A stretch of DNA of 63,954 bases, filler included, from Piptocephalis cylindrospora (lineage: Eukaryota), in assembly GCA_003614145.1 (NCBI GenBank). It is 4 parts of 4 records of this genome, joined end to end, with 100 filler letters (N's around TTAATTAATTAA, not from the genome) between each part and the next. Parts side by side here need not be neighbours in the genome. Positions count along the whole stretch, not along the records: positions 35,395 to 52,950 come from KZ987853.1; 3 more parts are not named here. One strand, 5' to 3'. The position numbers and the translations under genes were made by a program. Positions 36,959 through 49,429 of the stretch are shown here, piece after piece (positions within the stretch are counted from its first letter, which is position 1; each line of letters begins with the position of its first letter). Below the pieces are notes generated by a model that saw only the letters and a list, made by a program, of their open reading frames with translations, ran no database searches and was not told where the DNA came from.

Positions 36959-37735
36959 ATGTCCACCCCGTCAGCCACTGAATATACCCCCCTCACCACC
37001 AATGAGGACCATAGCACATCTATTCAAATCCCAAATGCACCTTCCCATACCGAACACCACTTTTCGTCTCCTGAGGTCCTTCGGGATGCCATCATTGGTT
37101 TGTCGGATGGATTAACCGTACCTTTTGCCCTGGCCGCTGGCTTGTCCTCTCTAGATTCGACACGGATTGTTGTAGCTGCAGGATTTGCTGAATTGGTTGC
37201 TGGGGCCATCTCCATGGGTCTGGGCGGGTATCTGGCCGCCCGTACCGAGGCTGATCATTACGATGCTGAATTGGCTAGGGAGTACCGGGAGGTCCAAGAG
37301 AAGCCCGAGGAGGAAGCTGAGGAGATCATCGAGATTCTTGAACCCTATGGCTTGGACCGTGCCACATTGGGCCCGGTCATTGATCGATTGAAGCAGGATC
37401 CAGACAAATGGGTGGAGTTTATGATGAAGTTTGAACTCAACCTCGAACGACCCGACCCTCACCGATCCATTCTGTCGGCTGTTACCATCGGCGGTTCCTA
37501 TCTCCTGGGAGGCCTTATCCCCCTCTTACCCTATTGCTTCATCTCTCGTACTTTGCATGCCCTCATTGCCTCATCAGTCATCACCCTACTGGCCTTACTG
37601 ATCTTTGGCTACTCCAAGTCCCGTCTCATCTCCCCCAAGGGGGCCTGGGCCGGCGCCATCCAGACCATGCTGGTGGGGGCAGTGGCTGCCTCGGCTGCCT
37701 ATGGCCTTGTTACTCTCTTTCCCGAGGTCAAGTAG
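36959..37735 (+). CDS. CCC1: VIT1/CCC1 family vacuolar Fe/Mn transporter
   Basis: RDAIIGLSDGLTVPFALAAGLS, AELVAGAISMGLGGYLA, FMMKFELNLE, IGGSYLLGGLIPLLPY. Intronless. Confidence 0.95.
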   Translation: MSTPSATEYTPLTTNEDHSTSIQIPNAPSHTEHHFSSPEVLRDAIIGLSDGLTVPFALAAGLSSLDSTRIVVAAGFAELVAGAISMGLGGYLAARTEADHYDAELAREYREVQEKPEEEAEEIIEILEPYGLDRATLGPVIDRLKQDPDKWVEFMMKFELNLERPDPHRSILSAVTIGGSYLLGGLIPLLPYCFISRTLHALIASSVITLLALLIFGYSKSRLISPKGAWAGAIQTMLVGAVAASAAYGLVTLFPEVK

Positions 37736-37900
37736 TGCATCTCTCTTCCTCTCTCTCTCTCTGTGAACGTGGGATGTAGTGTCATCCGTATAAATGTGGA
37801 ACGAAAGAAGAATAGAACCACAATAATCGTATGTGTGTATTCATCAAGTAAGGGGAATAGAAGGAACGTAAGTGGAAGAGAGGGTCAAAAGGCCCGATTC

Positions 37901-38722
37901 TTAGGCGACACCAGCAGCGGCGGCCGACACCGCGTCTTGACGAGCGGACCGAAGAGCACGCGAGGTCTTTGCCTTGATGATTCCCTGACCCTCAAGTTCC
38001 TCGTGATCCATGGACATGGAGGATGCTTCGTACAGCCTGGTGGGATCAGAATCATCGAAGCGCATAGACACCCTGGGGCCGCCGAACCGACCCCCAATGG
38101 ACAAACGAATGATCGCGGCCTCAGGAGCCTCAGGAAGGACATTGCCTTCATCATCCTTGACTGTTAGGGTGTAGTCGGGGGTGGAGGTCAGGACGTTTCC
38201 ATCAGTGTGAATGTTGCTCACGACCAGTTCATAGTGCACCTTCTTGGGATGAGGCTTGTCGCCTTCGGGGATTGAACGACGACGGCCATAGGTAGCGGAT
38301 AGGAGGCCCTTCTGGGTTTCTCCAGCATTCTCGATGATCTCGGTTGTGTGGAATGCTTCAGGCTGGGTCTTGTCCCCTTCCCCGCCAAAGACGACACGGA
38401 AGGTCGGGTCCTGGTCAGGAGTGAGCGAGGGAACCACCTGGGCCTTGGGTTGTTCCGGGGGATTGGTGATCACCTCCCCGGAAGGGGTGGTGGCTAGGAT
38501 ACTGATGGGACCAGAGGAAAACCCATCTCCCTCCTGACGGATCCCAGCCACCTGGAAGTGATACATCACATCATCGACAGGTGTGGTGATCGTGGAGGAG
38601 GAGGCGTGAATGTGCGCCCTGACCTCGGACACCCGATCGTGACGTCCGGGGATGGGTAAAGAGACCACGGTCGTGGCAAGGAGAGGGAGTAGCGTAGTGG
38701 CTAGAAAGCTGGCAAGTTGCAT
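37901..38722 (-). CDS. Orphan secreted protein (273 aa)
   Basis: Intronless ORF with biased codon use and a signal-peptide-like N-terminus MQLASFLATTLLPLLATTVVSLP; TATA-like GATATAAG upstream (about 38983). No recognisable family. Confidence 0.7.
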   Translation of the reverse strand: MQLASFLATTLLPLLATTVVSLPIPGRHDRVSEVRAHIHASSSTITTPVDDVMYHFQVAGIRQEGDGFSSGPISILATTPSGEVITNPPEQPKAQVVPSLTPDQDPTFRVVFGGEGDKTQPEAFHTTEIIENAGETQKGLLSATYGRRRSIPEGDKPHPKKVHYELVVSNIHTDGNVLTSTPDYTLTVKDDEGNVLPEAPEAAIIRLSIGGRFGGPRVSMRFDDSDPTRLYEASSMSMDHEELEGQGIIKAKTSRALRSARQDAVSAAAAGVA

Positions 38723-39394
38723 GATGGAGGGCGGAAAGGAGAAGGAGCGGGAAAGTAGGAAGAAGGGGGGAGGGAAGAACGGGGGGCGTTAAAGCAGTAG
38801 AGAAAGATCGTTTGAATGGAACCAGAAAAGGCAGAGCAGAGCAGTAACAAGAGAAAGTGGGGGGATCAGAGTGATCGAGAAGTAGATCAGGAAGCGTTGC
38901 AGTATGTGGAGGAGAGGGGGAAGAAGTAAAGAAGCAGGTATGAGCAGTGGGGAGTCGATTGAGATGGAGAGGAAAAAGTCATCTTATATCAGGTCGTGGC
39001 CTCATGGATGGTGCTATTGCCCAGGCTGAGCAGTAGGGCAGTGGGGCGGCTCTATCACGGAGAGGCCCAATAAACCAACTCCGCTGTCTGTGAAATTACT
39101 CCTCTCCTTTACCTCCCAGCACCACGCCATTGGACAGCCCCGTTCCCCTTTGCTCCTTAAACACGGGGTAAGGCTGATCCAATCGTATTATGTGAAGCTT
39201 AACTATCTCTTACTCCAATCAGTGTGGTTCTTTGCTTTACTGAATCATTCGAATTGAAAAAACACCATTCATTCGTGCATCCGCCCTTTCCCTTCCACTC
39301 CAATAGTCAATGATGGATCGAGGCCCTTCAAGTCCCCTATCTGCCGAGAGGTCCCCGAAGCCGGAAGGTGGAGGGGGAGACCCAGTCTATTGCC

Positions 39395-42090
39395 TCATTT
39401 TGACTCTTTTTTGATCGCTTTCAGGTTTCTCTTGCCCCGCTTTGCCTTCTGATCAGTCTCATTCGATTCCACACCCTTCCTCTTTCCCGGCTCAGATCCT
39501 GAATTTTCATCCTTCAGTGTAAATACCCCAATCCTCTCCCCTCCGTGCTTCACCCATTCGCCCCAGCATTTCATCACGCCCGTTGGGATGGCCATGGTCC
39601 CCATCTCACTCTGAGCTACCCATTGCGACTCTCTCTTACCCTTTCCACCCGATACGTCCTCTATCTTTCCTTCCACCTTCCAGTACACCGTATGGTAGGT
39701 CATGCGAATGTGGGAGAAGAGATGAACCATGGACACGACTTTTCTTTCATCCACTAGCCTGGCGCCTCCCCCTTCGTGAAGATCAACCCCCAGGGAAGCC
39801 AGAAGGGTAATGAGGGCCTCCTTGACCTTTCTTTTATCCTTACCCATGGGCTGGGTGTCCACATCTTCTAGACTTACGCAGGGGAATTCCCAAAGACCCC
39901 CCAGGAGTCCTTGTGTGGGACGCTTGACCAGGAGATGAATAGGGTCCTTTCCTTCCTCGTAATACTCCAGAATGCATACAAGACAGGCTAGTGGAAGGTT
40001 TGGACTCATTATGAGATATCTCTTTCGTCTCGTCCACCGCTCTATCAGACAATGGCTTTTACCTTCCTCTCTTGGGGGTTTCTTTTCCACCTTTCTCGGA
40101 TAACGTTGGACGTAGGGCATTACCTGTTGCTTTCCCTTCCCTACATTATCGTCTTCACTGGTCCAAGGGATACAGAGGGCGCATTCTAGCATTTAAAGGG
40201 TCAAGAAGTGGAATGAGATGGTGCGATGGCAACGTGGCCCCTATATTGTAGCCATCATCTTACCTTCAATATCATCCTCCGTAGCCTCCGTGCTCTGTTC
40301 TTCCTTGAACTTTGGCTGAAAGGCCGATTGAAGAGTCGAGCGGGATACCCTAATTTTCGCTTTCATCTGCTCAAGGAGAAGAGATTCATTAAATGGGGTT
40401 TCCGAATTCCCCGTTTAAATATTAAAAAACCCTTCATCTACCTCGGCATGGGCACGACAAGCCTGTTGGACGGGGCATTCAGTGCATTTGGGCTGTTTGG
40501 GTGTACACACTAATGATCCAAGCTCCATCATGGCCTGATTGTGGTTGGCAGGGTCAGATGCATTCATCAGCTCCTCCGCCAATTCCCTGTAAAAAACAAG
40601 AGGGGGTAGGATGAATGGATGAAATCGCACAGTCCTACTCCATACCCATCTCCCTTCCTACCAATGAAGTTGAACAGAAGCAGAGGATTTTGGATTCCCT
40701 CCGTAACCGCGAAGTCGGCTAAGTAGACGGATCACATTACCATCCACCACCGGACTTGCCTCCCGATATACAATAGAGGCAATGGCACCTTGGAAGAAGT
40801 TTGGAGGTGCAAGTAAGCTTCTGTCATCATCATCTTCGTCTTATCCTAGGATACGCTTACCTGCAGTGTACCTTCCTATACCAGGGATTTCCTTTTGAAG
40901 CTCGGCACTTGTCCGGGGAAGGAGACCACAATGCTCTTCCATAATAAGTCGGGCAGCCTGGTGCAAACGCCGAGCCCGAGAGTAGTACCCCAATCCAGCC
41001 CAAATTCCCAGGACCTCATCCTCGGAAGCCAGAGCCAGTTTTTCTACTGTGGGAAATTTTTCAAGCCATCTTAGATAGTAGGGCGTCATTGTCTTTACTT
41101 GGGTCTACATGCCACACAGGGGACGGATTGTAAGGAGGGGGAGGGAAACGTAAAAGGGGATGACCTACCTGCTGTAACATGGTCTCACTGATCCAAACTG
41201 CTCATCCCGTGAAACGTAATATAAAAAAAGCAGCGAATGGTCAGTGATGTAAGACGGTGATATATATGCATGCCCCTCTTCTCTCCAAAATACCTTCGTA
41301 AGCTCGCTGGGATACGACTTTAGGATCATCAGGGTGCAATTTGTCCTCGCGACCTTCCTCTGTATGCTCCTATCAAAGTTAAGGGGAAGATACCGTGCTG
41401 CTGTCAGATTGGTCCTTCCTCATGGCCAAGTGCCTTATTCACTTACTCCCTTGATGGTGACTGCGGGTGCTCTCCAGGGCATGGGCCTTTGATGTTTGAG
41501 ATACCACTGGGCTAGAGTCTCTTGGATCCACTCCACCTCCTTAGGCACAAAGTGATGATAGCTGTAATGGTGAGACTCTGTAACGCTCTGCATCTTTCTC
41601 ATCACCTGTCCGGCCATGTCCGGGAGGCGAAGGAGCTTTCCTTGCTTGGAACCGCTGTTCTCGGTCATCTTTTTGCCCTCTCTCCCTTCCTCTTCCTTGA
41701 CTATATGGACAGAGGAGGGCCGTTTCGACGGGAGGGGCGTCCACTTTAAGGTCTTTCTCTTTATAATGTGTTCCTCTTCCTCCCATCCCTCCTCCTCCTC
41801 CTCTTCCTCCTCCCCCTCTTTCCATTCCTCCTCCTCTTCCTTCTCAGCCTTTGCTACCTTCTTTTTCCCGTGCACCGTTCTCTTTAGCCCTATTTCTTCC
41901 TTCTCAATATCCAATGGTCCGCCATAGCACAAGACTGGAGTTTTGTTTCGACAGGAACGTCTTGGCCGGGGACTGTATTCGTTAAATTAGGTGAGGTGGA
42001 AGCATGAATGACGAGATTGGCACAGTAGGCTGAAACGGGTATGGTGCCTAAAGATACATACCTTGAATCCAGAGGAAAGGGAATGGTCAT
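39395..42090 (-). CDS. MYH1: A/G-specific adenine DNA glycosylase (MutY/MYH), multi-exon
   Basis: RPMPWR, RAYE/VWISETMLQQ/TQV, WAGLGYYSRARRLH, IPGIGRYTA, VVDGNVIRLLSR, NQAMMELGSLVCTPKQPKCTECPVQQAC (FeS cluster), GLLGGLWEFP, HLFSHI (NUDIX-like). Confidence 0.93.
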
Positions 42091-42265
42091 GTCGCACAGG
42101 AGGCAAAAGGGGATGAAGGAGGGGATGAAACAAGATTTTTTTTCCTCGTAGCACTACATGGCCTTCCTATCTGTTATTATTTAGATTTCATACCTTGTCA
42201 AGACGACCTAAAGAAAGATTCAATCGATATTCATTCTTTGTTATGATGGTGGTGGTGCAGGGTCG

Positions 42266-42414
42266 TCGCGTCGCACTGGTCCATATCGTGTTCTGACTGC
42301 TGTATTCAATATTTCGCCAACAAGAAAAATTCGTGGGCACCCACACATACTGACTCACCGACACACGGCACTGCACCACTTTCAGACGCGTTTATTGCAC
42401 CCCGCAAATCGCGT
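42266..42414. promoter_or_regulatory. MCB-like elements in the MutY/RFA2 bidirectional promoter
   Basis: ACGCGT at 42386-42391 plus TCGCGT at about 42266 and 42409. Confidence 0.45.
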
Positions 42415-42466
42415 TCACCCTCACTCTTTCCTCTCCACATCCCCGTTCAGATCACCTTGCCCATCC

Positions 42467-43725
42467 ATGTCAGGTAAGAGCCTTTCTTGAAGCGCTCTTA
42501 GCCTCTCAACTCACACCCTTCTCGTGGGGCAGGCTTTAACAACCAATACAATCAAAACTTCTCTCCCAGCAATCGGGAGGGTGGTGGTGGTGGCGGCTTC
42601 TTCACCTCCCCCTACGGCAACTCCCAAGGCACTTCGGAATCCCCGTCTACTCGGGTAAGTCGACGCTTTGGGACGGAAGTAGATCAGCCATCCCGCTGAT
42701 TCGCTCCTGTTGATCCCATCCTCTTTTATGTAGAAATCGGGTCCTCCTAGTCAATCCCTCCATGCCGTTACCATCAAACAGCTGCAGGATGCTGTCCAGC
42801 CCCAGGCTGATCTCCCCTTTCGCGTGGATAACCATGATCTCTCGAATGTAGTTAGTCTCCCTGGAAAGTAGCACTATTATTCCTATCCCTTGACCAAGAT
42901 ACCTTTTCTATTTCCTCTTAGGTAACGATTGTCGGTGTAGTCCGCGCCATCGGAGAGCATCCCATGTACATCTCTTATACCATTGAGGACGGGACTAGTT
43001 CAATTGATGCCCAACTCTGGGGATCCACTGATGACCCTGACTTCAACCAGGGCCAATCCAAGCCCACTGTCGCGTGAGTTGATTCAAGGACGAACAAGCC
43101 ATTGTCTCTTCTCCCCTCACTCATCCCTTTCCTTACCCCTCTCTCCCCCCTTTCTTGAATTCACCAGGGAAGGAACCTATGTCCGAGTCATCGGGAATGT
43201 TAGGGCTACCGGGAATAAGAGAGCCCTCCGTGCTCACATGATTCGTCCCATAACTGATCACAATGTCATCACTCAGCACTATCTCAAGTGTATCTTCATT
43301 CACCTTCACTACACACGAGGTCCTCCGTCTTCCCAGTCCGGCAATGGGGGCATGGCTCCCCATTCCACCTCTGGCTTCCCCTCGGGGCCTGGGATGGGCC
43401 CAGGAACGGGAAGCGGCATGGGAAGCATGATGATTGATCCTACGGACAATCTAAATACCATCCAACGTCAAGTTCTCACCACCGTTAAGGGGAATGCCGC
43501 CCAGGCTGACGGCATGCATGTCCAGGAAATCACCCGCCTCCTCAATCTTCCCCTTCCTGTGGTTCGGTGAGTGATGCTGTGGGATAGACTTGAAATGGGG
43601 GTCTCCAACACCACTGACTCTTTTCCTCTCTTTCCTCTAGTGATGCTGTCAAGGCCTTGACCGATGATGGTCTTCTCTATGCCACAGTGGATGACGATCA
43701 CGTCAACGTCACTGATCCCAACTGA
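42467..43725 (+). CDS. RFA2: Replication protein A 32 kDa subunit, multi-exon
   Basis: GGGGGFF N-terminus, SLHAVTIKQL, VTIVGVVR, YTIEDGT, YVRVIGNVR...IRPITDHN...HYL, winged-helix end GLLYATVDDDHV; stop TGA at 43723-43725. Confidence 0.92.
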
Positions 43726-44502
43726 GTACGTGCCCTGCTAATCTGATGAAATGAATGGGTCTTGAGAGTCTATAGCGTGACAAGCAATCTCTGTTCGTCC
43801 ATTCAAGTTCAATGCCATTTTTACTGCTCATGTGCTATGGAGATATGGGTATTAGTGGTAGCGGCAGAGGTAAAGGATGAAGACATGAGGCTACTGCACC
43901 TACTTGATAGATATCCATAATAATATATTCGTGGATAATAATAATAATGGTCGAGATAATGACCTACAATGGCGCGCTGTATCACGCTGTAGCAGGACAT
44001 GGTGTTCTCCTTGTAACATCTACATCTGTGGGCGCCATTGTTCTTCTCGTCTCCCCACCTCTATAGGCGCCATTGTTACTCCTGCCCCCAATTTTCGGGA
44101 TGACGCTATTCCCCATATCTTCATTTTCAGGCGGTATTGTTCCCTATGATCCTGTTCAGCTAGACAGTATTGTTTGTTATACATTAGAAAAGAGCTTATT
44201 TCAAAGTATTTAAAAGACCTCATCATTTCTCAGAGCGGATGGCTCAAAGCTATAATTTTAATTTCTATCTCATCACTTCCTCTCTGACGGTCCCTATTAA
44301 TCTACATCCACTGTCGCCACCTAAAGCACTCTTCAGCAGGATCCCCATACCCATCCACCTAATGTTACAAATCCTCTTTCTTGGTTTCCTAGTACCTATT
44401 CTAGAATCTATCGGAGGTTTACCGCTGATTGAACATCAAAAGCAGCCTCCTTGAAACCGATTTACGAGAGAGGGATTATGCAGAAACTCTGTGCGCGACT
44501 AG

Positions 44503-44552
44503 TAAACTGCTAGCACATTGCATACTATAAACTGCTAGCACACTGCATACTA
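44503..44552. repeat. 25-bp direct tandem duplication
   Basis: TAAACTGCTAGCACA(T/C)TGCATACTA twice with one mismatch. Confidence 0.9.
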
Positions 44553-45251
44553 TACGATGTCTAAAATCATGCTCCAACCTCTGCTCTTCTCAAGTTACCC
44601 GTTACCCAATGGGAAGTGCTTGCCCTCGGATTCCCCCAGCTTCCAGATAATACTTCTTCCTCAAGCCAGGTGGGATCGCCATCCACCTTTGGATGATTCG
44701 CTAGCTCTTCACTTCCCGGCCGTGCCAGCATCGAGGAACATGAAGGGGAGCAACTATCTGAGAAATTAGGGATATTACCTGGGCATAGTGGAAAGCGTAC
44801 CTTTGTGTGTCCCCTTACCAGAATCCTGGGAATGGCCAATTTGACAACCTCAGCGAGGACGCTAAGGATTGAACGGTAAACGAGGGCACGGATTGCGGCC
44901 TCTGAGGAACCAGTCAAGCAGAGTAAGTAATATGGCAATGAGTAGATTTAAGCGTACCTCGCATGCTATTGAGAGAGGATGGGGGGCTAGACCCACCATC
45001 CCTGCGTCTGGGGATAAAGTGTTGGCACGAGACATGAAGGTGACTATCTCAGGGATACTTGCCTATCAAACCGTCCGTCAGTCCATTTACTATTATTACT
45101 ATTTGTATATTACTAACGATGATGAGTATGATGAAACTGCCATATCTCCCCTCTCTCCGATGTAATCGAATAGTGGGTCTCCGAAAACAGCCTTTGCCTA
45201 CCAGGTTGTCTGCGCAGCACTGAGGACAAAATCTCCAGAGCACACCCTATA

Positions 45252-45903
45252 CTAGCCTCCATAGGATAAGGAGACGCCTGATGTTTCATTCGGTCCACCT
45301 CCGTAGGATAGCGATGCACCTGGTAGTCCACTTACTCCATCCCCGCCGGATCCTGAAGAGCTCAGTAGCCCACAGCCATATATAAGAAATTCGCCTGTCA
45401 TTAGATTTTCTTTGCTCGCTCTACGATGATTTCTTTTTTCTCCAGGCCTCCTGCGCTGGATCAAGTCTGCCTCAGCAAGCCCGCCTCTGTAAAGTTGGCG
45501 GTGGTGGTAAAGGCGTTGAGCGCGAGGGTTCTTGCGATGATCAAATAGCTTTTTTATCCCATAATTCTACAAGGGCGGAAACAAACGACCAGGGAATGAG
45601 AGAAGCAAGAGGCATGATTAGTTGAAACATACTTACCGACAGTTGCTTTTCAAAATTGCACTTGCTTTTCAAGCCCCCCACGGGGTTGCCATTCCATAAG
45701 AATACATCGCGATACCCCGGCAGGAACATGATCGTATCGCTTTGGAATCCGTAGTGAAGGATCAAAGCGAGCTTTTTGGGGAAATTGGCTCTGTAAAAAA
45801 ACGCTTGCTTGACCAGCCAGTCAGTATTTTCCTTTGGGCCATTGCCAGGCGGGCTCAGCAGCAGGTCACGATGTTGGCTATGTGGAAGTGCGAGGTGGTT
45901 CAT
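45252..45903 (-). CDS. Possible two-exon orphan gene or gene relic
   Basis: A GTAAGT donor (45636) and TAG acceptor (45567) join ORF 45903 to ORF 45464 in frame (about 193 aa). No homology recognised. Confidence 0.3.
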
Positions 45904-48219
45904 GGTGATAGAGAAGAGGAAAGATGATGTGGTTTAGTAGTGAAGACAATCCCAATCAATCTATTGATCACTGTTCAGTCCCTGCATTGTAGTATTTTAT
46001 AACCTAGAGGAAATTCGAGTAGTGGGCTGGTTGATGCTTTCGGATACGGCGCATGGTCCATTAATCATCCAAAGCTGACTTCATGGAGGCCATTGTCCTC
46101 TTGTGAAACGTGAGTATGCCTTGTGTGTAGGGTGTCTATTCACAAGAGTCGGAGATATGACACAGTCGTGAATGATTGATCCATGTTGGTAAAAACGTCT
46201 GCTACTCTTTAGCAGTCCCTGGCATTGTCCTTTCAATATCCCAAACCACCATCAATGGCCCCACAGGGCTAGGACTCGCCGTCAAGGGTATTATACCAAT
46301 ACTCTTTAACTCGAGCCTCTATGATGTGTCAAAAGAGTCCAGCAAGGGACTGTCACTTATCCTCAATGGCAGGGGGGAGCTCATGATCAAGAAGGTATCC
46401 ATGCATTGCAGAGTCGCTTATCGGTGGGAATGATCAATTATCTAAACCTCAAGGAATTTGATTGACTTTGTCATTCACCATTCCCTATACCCGCCTCTTT
46501 GTCACTCTCTTATCCCTTGGTGCGTCCCTTTCCTGCCCTGATTGGCGGCTAGCCTTCATTTCGCCCTGATGGCTTGATGATGGGCGATGGCTTGAGCGAA
46601 AACATAGTGTCGGCTGACCTCGGATAGGGCCGCCACATTCACCTGTCATGCACTGTTACAGGGCCCATGCTTCAGGCAGCATCTTTGGGCTTGAGGTGCG
46701 GCCAGAGAGTCATACTCCATGGCATTGTGCCCATTGAAATTTCTTGTGCGATGCTAGGAACAGAACAATGGCATTGAGAAAATCAAAGGTAAAGAACTTA
46801 TATCTTATACAGAATACGCTGCTGCGTAAGGAAGAGAATGAAGTATTGTTAGTGTATTGATAGACCCCTCAGCATGACAGTCGCAACACGCCTTGGACAA
46901 TGCTACTATCAGCACAGGGAGAGTATGTTCGACTATCACGCCATATTAATGCTATCGATTTGATGTCAGTAATTTTATTAGGTTTAGCGGCAAGTAAGCC
47001 AATGGTCAAAGAAGCTGAAGTTTAAATGTATAGGAAAGATTCAAAGGGGGAGAGGGGCCAAGATGACAATGATCCATGAAAGCAAGTGCTCAAGCCCACG
47101 CCCATTTGTTTCATCAGCTGGTGGTTCGTTAATTAATTAGGTCACTACGTCTACTTTATTTTTGAGCAAGCGCTCTTGGAAGGGGATGCATATATTCTAA
47201 TCAACTTTGATGTACTTCTATGTAAAAAGAGTTGGCAAGGATGGACCAATGTGGTTTACTGGGAGATGCAGCCCGGGCCACCGATAAGATCGACCTGAGT
47301 GGAAAGCCAAATATGAGGAATGAATTTACTGCTTCTCATACAATGAGTATTGTTCCTCAAAACGAATACAAGGAGAAGAGTGAAAATAAGGAAGCTTGGT
47401 GGTTGTAAGATGGACATATTACTATGAGCTAAATGATCCTCGGCCTCGCGTTGTCTCTTGCTGCCATAATTTCTTAATTGCATGTTGAGGTTGATGGCGG
47501 TGACCCATTCGCGCTGAAAAAGTGACATTTTGGCTACACGTAGATATTTGAATTAGAAAGATGGGTCGTTTTGGTATAGATCAACGCGTGACATGATCAA
47601 CCATTGCGGCGGCTTAATTCATCAAGTTAAATCTATGAAGCGAGCGTCTGCATGAGTGTCCTGAGACAAGGGACAAGGGTGGATTTGTACTACTAGCACC
47701 CCTCTGGGAGGGTATGCCAACGGATCAACTTAGCCCATAACATCTTTGTATACTTCTAAAAATAAGAACACTTATTCCAAATGGGTCCTCTATAATAATA
47801 GTATAGATCAGAGGTAGATGTCTCCAATAGATGAGAAAATTCTCATTTTATCTTCAGAACGCATTCCTTATACTCTTTGCCCTTGATTAGGATTTCATCC
47901 TCCATCTATGCAGCTAAATCATCCTCAGAAGTATAAAATGGAGGATAGTTGAATAAGATGGTGTATATTGAAACCCGATGAATGCAAGTGTGAGGTAAGG
48001 TGGCAGCACTGTTATGCATCTAGCACACAACAATTCGATGGGCAGGGTAGAGGGAATGACACGAGATGGATTGGGATGTACGATTCAGCATGCTGGCGGT
48101 GTAAGGGAGAAGTTGTCCATTGAATCCCCGCTTATCCTCCATTTCCCAGAGGAACTTGACCCCCTGGTCTCTTTGCTCCATCACCTGTCTTGCCTCCCTC
48201 CATCCCTTCTTCCAGTAAG

Positions 48220-49032
48220 ATGCACCTGTCTCGACTCCACGTCACCCTTCTCTCCACTCTCCTCCTCCTCCTGACCCAGTGCGTTACGGCCTGGGAACAG
48301 GTGGATATGGATATCTTTGACCTGGTCGAGGTGGTGAATCGGTACCACAACGGACGGAAAACCAGCTTCTACTCGGTGCTGCACGTCGAACCGGATGCTA
48401 CAGTACCAGAGATCACCCGGGCACACAGAAAAATTTCGTTATCTTTGCACCCGGACAAGAACCCAAGCCCTGAGGCCAAGGATACGTTCAATATGCTAGG
48501 GGCAGTGACCCGAACCCTCAAGGACCCGGAGACACGGGCACGATATGACTTTTATTTAAAGAATGGAGTGCCCACACGCCATGGGGCCTCTTACCTCTAC
48601 TCTCGGTACCGGCCCCCACTTAGCCATGTCCTTCTCTTCCTGGCTCTGTTCATCTCGGCAGTCCAGTATCTCTTGGCCCATGTGGACCGATGGAGACGCA
48701 TGAGCCTATGGCAGGAGGCTAAGGATGAGAATGACAAGGCAGTGGCTCGTCTTCGTCGAGCATCCCGTAAGGCGACCAAGCCTTCAGAGGAGGCCATCGA
48801 GGAGATGCCCGAGTTTCCCTACCCACGCATCCTGGACATGTTCCTCTTTGCTTTTCCTCTTTTCCTTGTCCGACAGGTCATTCTTCGGCCTCTCAGCGCC
48901 ATCCTCCCCATTGGGTCCAAGGAGCCTGAGGTGGAGATGGAAAGGGAAGTGAAGGGCGGGGAGGTGGAGACTGAAGAGTCGGCTTTGGCTACTGGATCTC
49001 GTCGTCGTCCTCGTCCATCCAAGCGTCGGTGA
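48220..49032 (+). CDS. ERJ5: ER membrane J-domain protein (Erj5/DNAJC1-like)
   Basis: Signal peptide, AWEQVDMDIFDLV, J-domain with LHPDKN, RARYDFYLKNGVP, YLYSRYRP, TM segment. Confidence 0.88.
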   Translation: MHLSRLHVTLLSTLLLLLTQCVTAWEQVDMDIFDLVEVVNRYHNGRKTSFYSVLHVEPDATVPEITRAHRKISLSLHPDKNPSPEAKDTFNMLGAVTRTLKDPETRARYDFYLKNGVPTRHGASYLYSRYRPPLSHVLLFLALFISAVQYLLAHVDRWRRMSLWQEAKDENDKAVARLRRASRKATKPSEEAIEEMPEFPYPRILDMFLFAFPLFLVRQVILRPLSAILPIGSKEPEVEMEREVKGGEVETEESALATGSRRRPRPSKRR

Positions 49033-49429
49033 ATTGTCATATCATCCTGCCTTGACTGATATTAGAAAGTTATGGGAGCGTATGGGAGGAGGAGTTGATG
49101 ATCCATGGGTACTGATTGAAGGGTGTGCCTCTCTCTTTCTCTCTCTCTCATTCCCCATGATCATACATCATTTGATGTAAAAGAACTTCTTTCAAATCAT
49201 CCTCCAGCTTTATTGCAGATGTTTCTTCTTTCTCTTATTAGGACATGGAGAGGGGATAAGAGAAAGGTACTCTTACCTCCTCCCCTTTTCCTTTCCATTC
49301 TCACCTTCATTCTACCTTCACCTCCTACCATCACCCATGTCTTAGATGTCCCTAAAATGAGGATAAACGACAAGTAAGTCATTGCACTCCCATTTTCATT
49401 TCCATCTCTTCATCCTCTCCATCGTGTAC

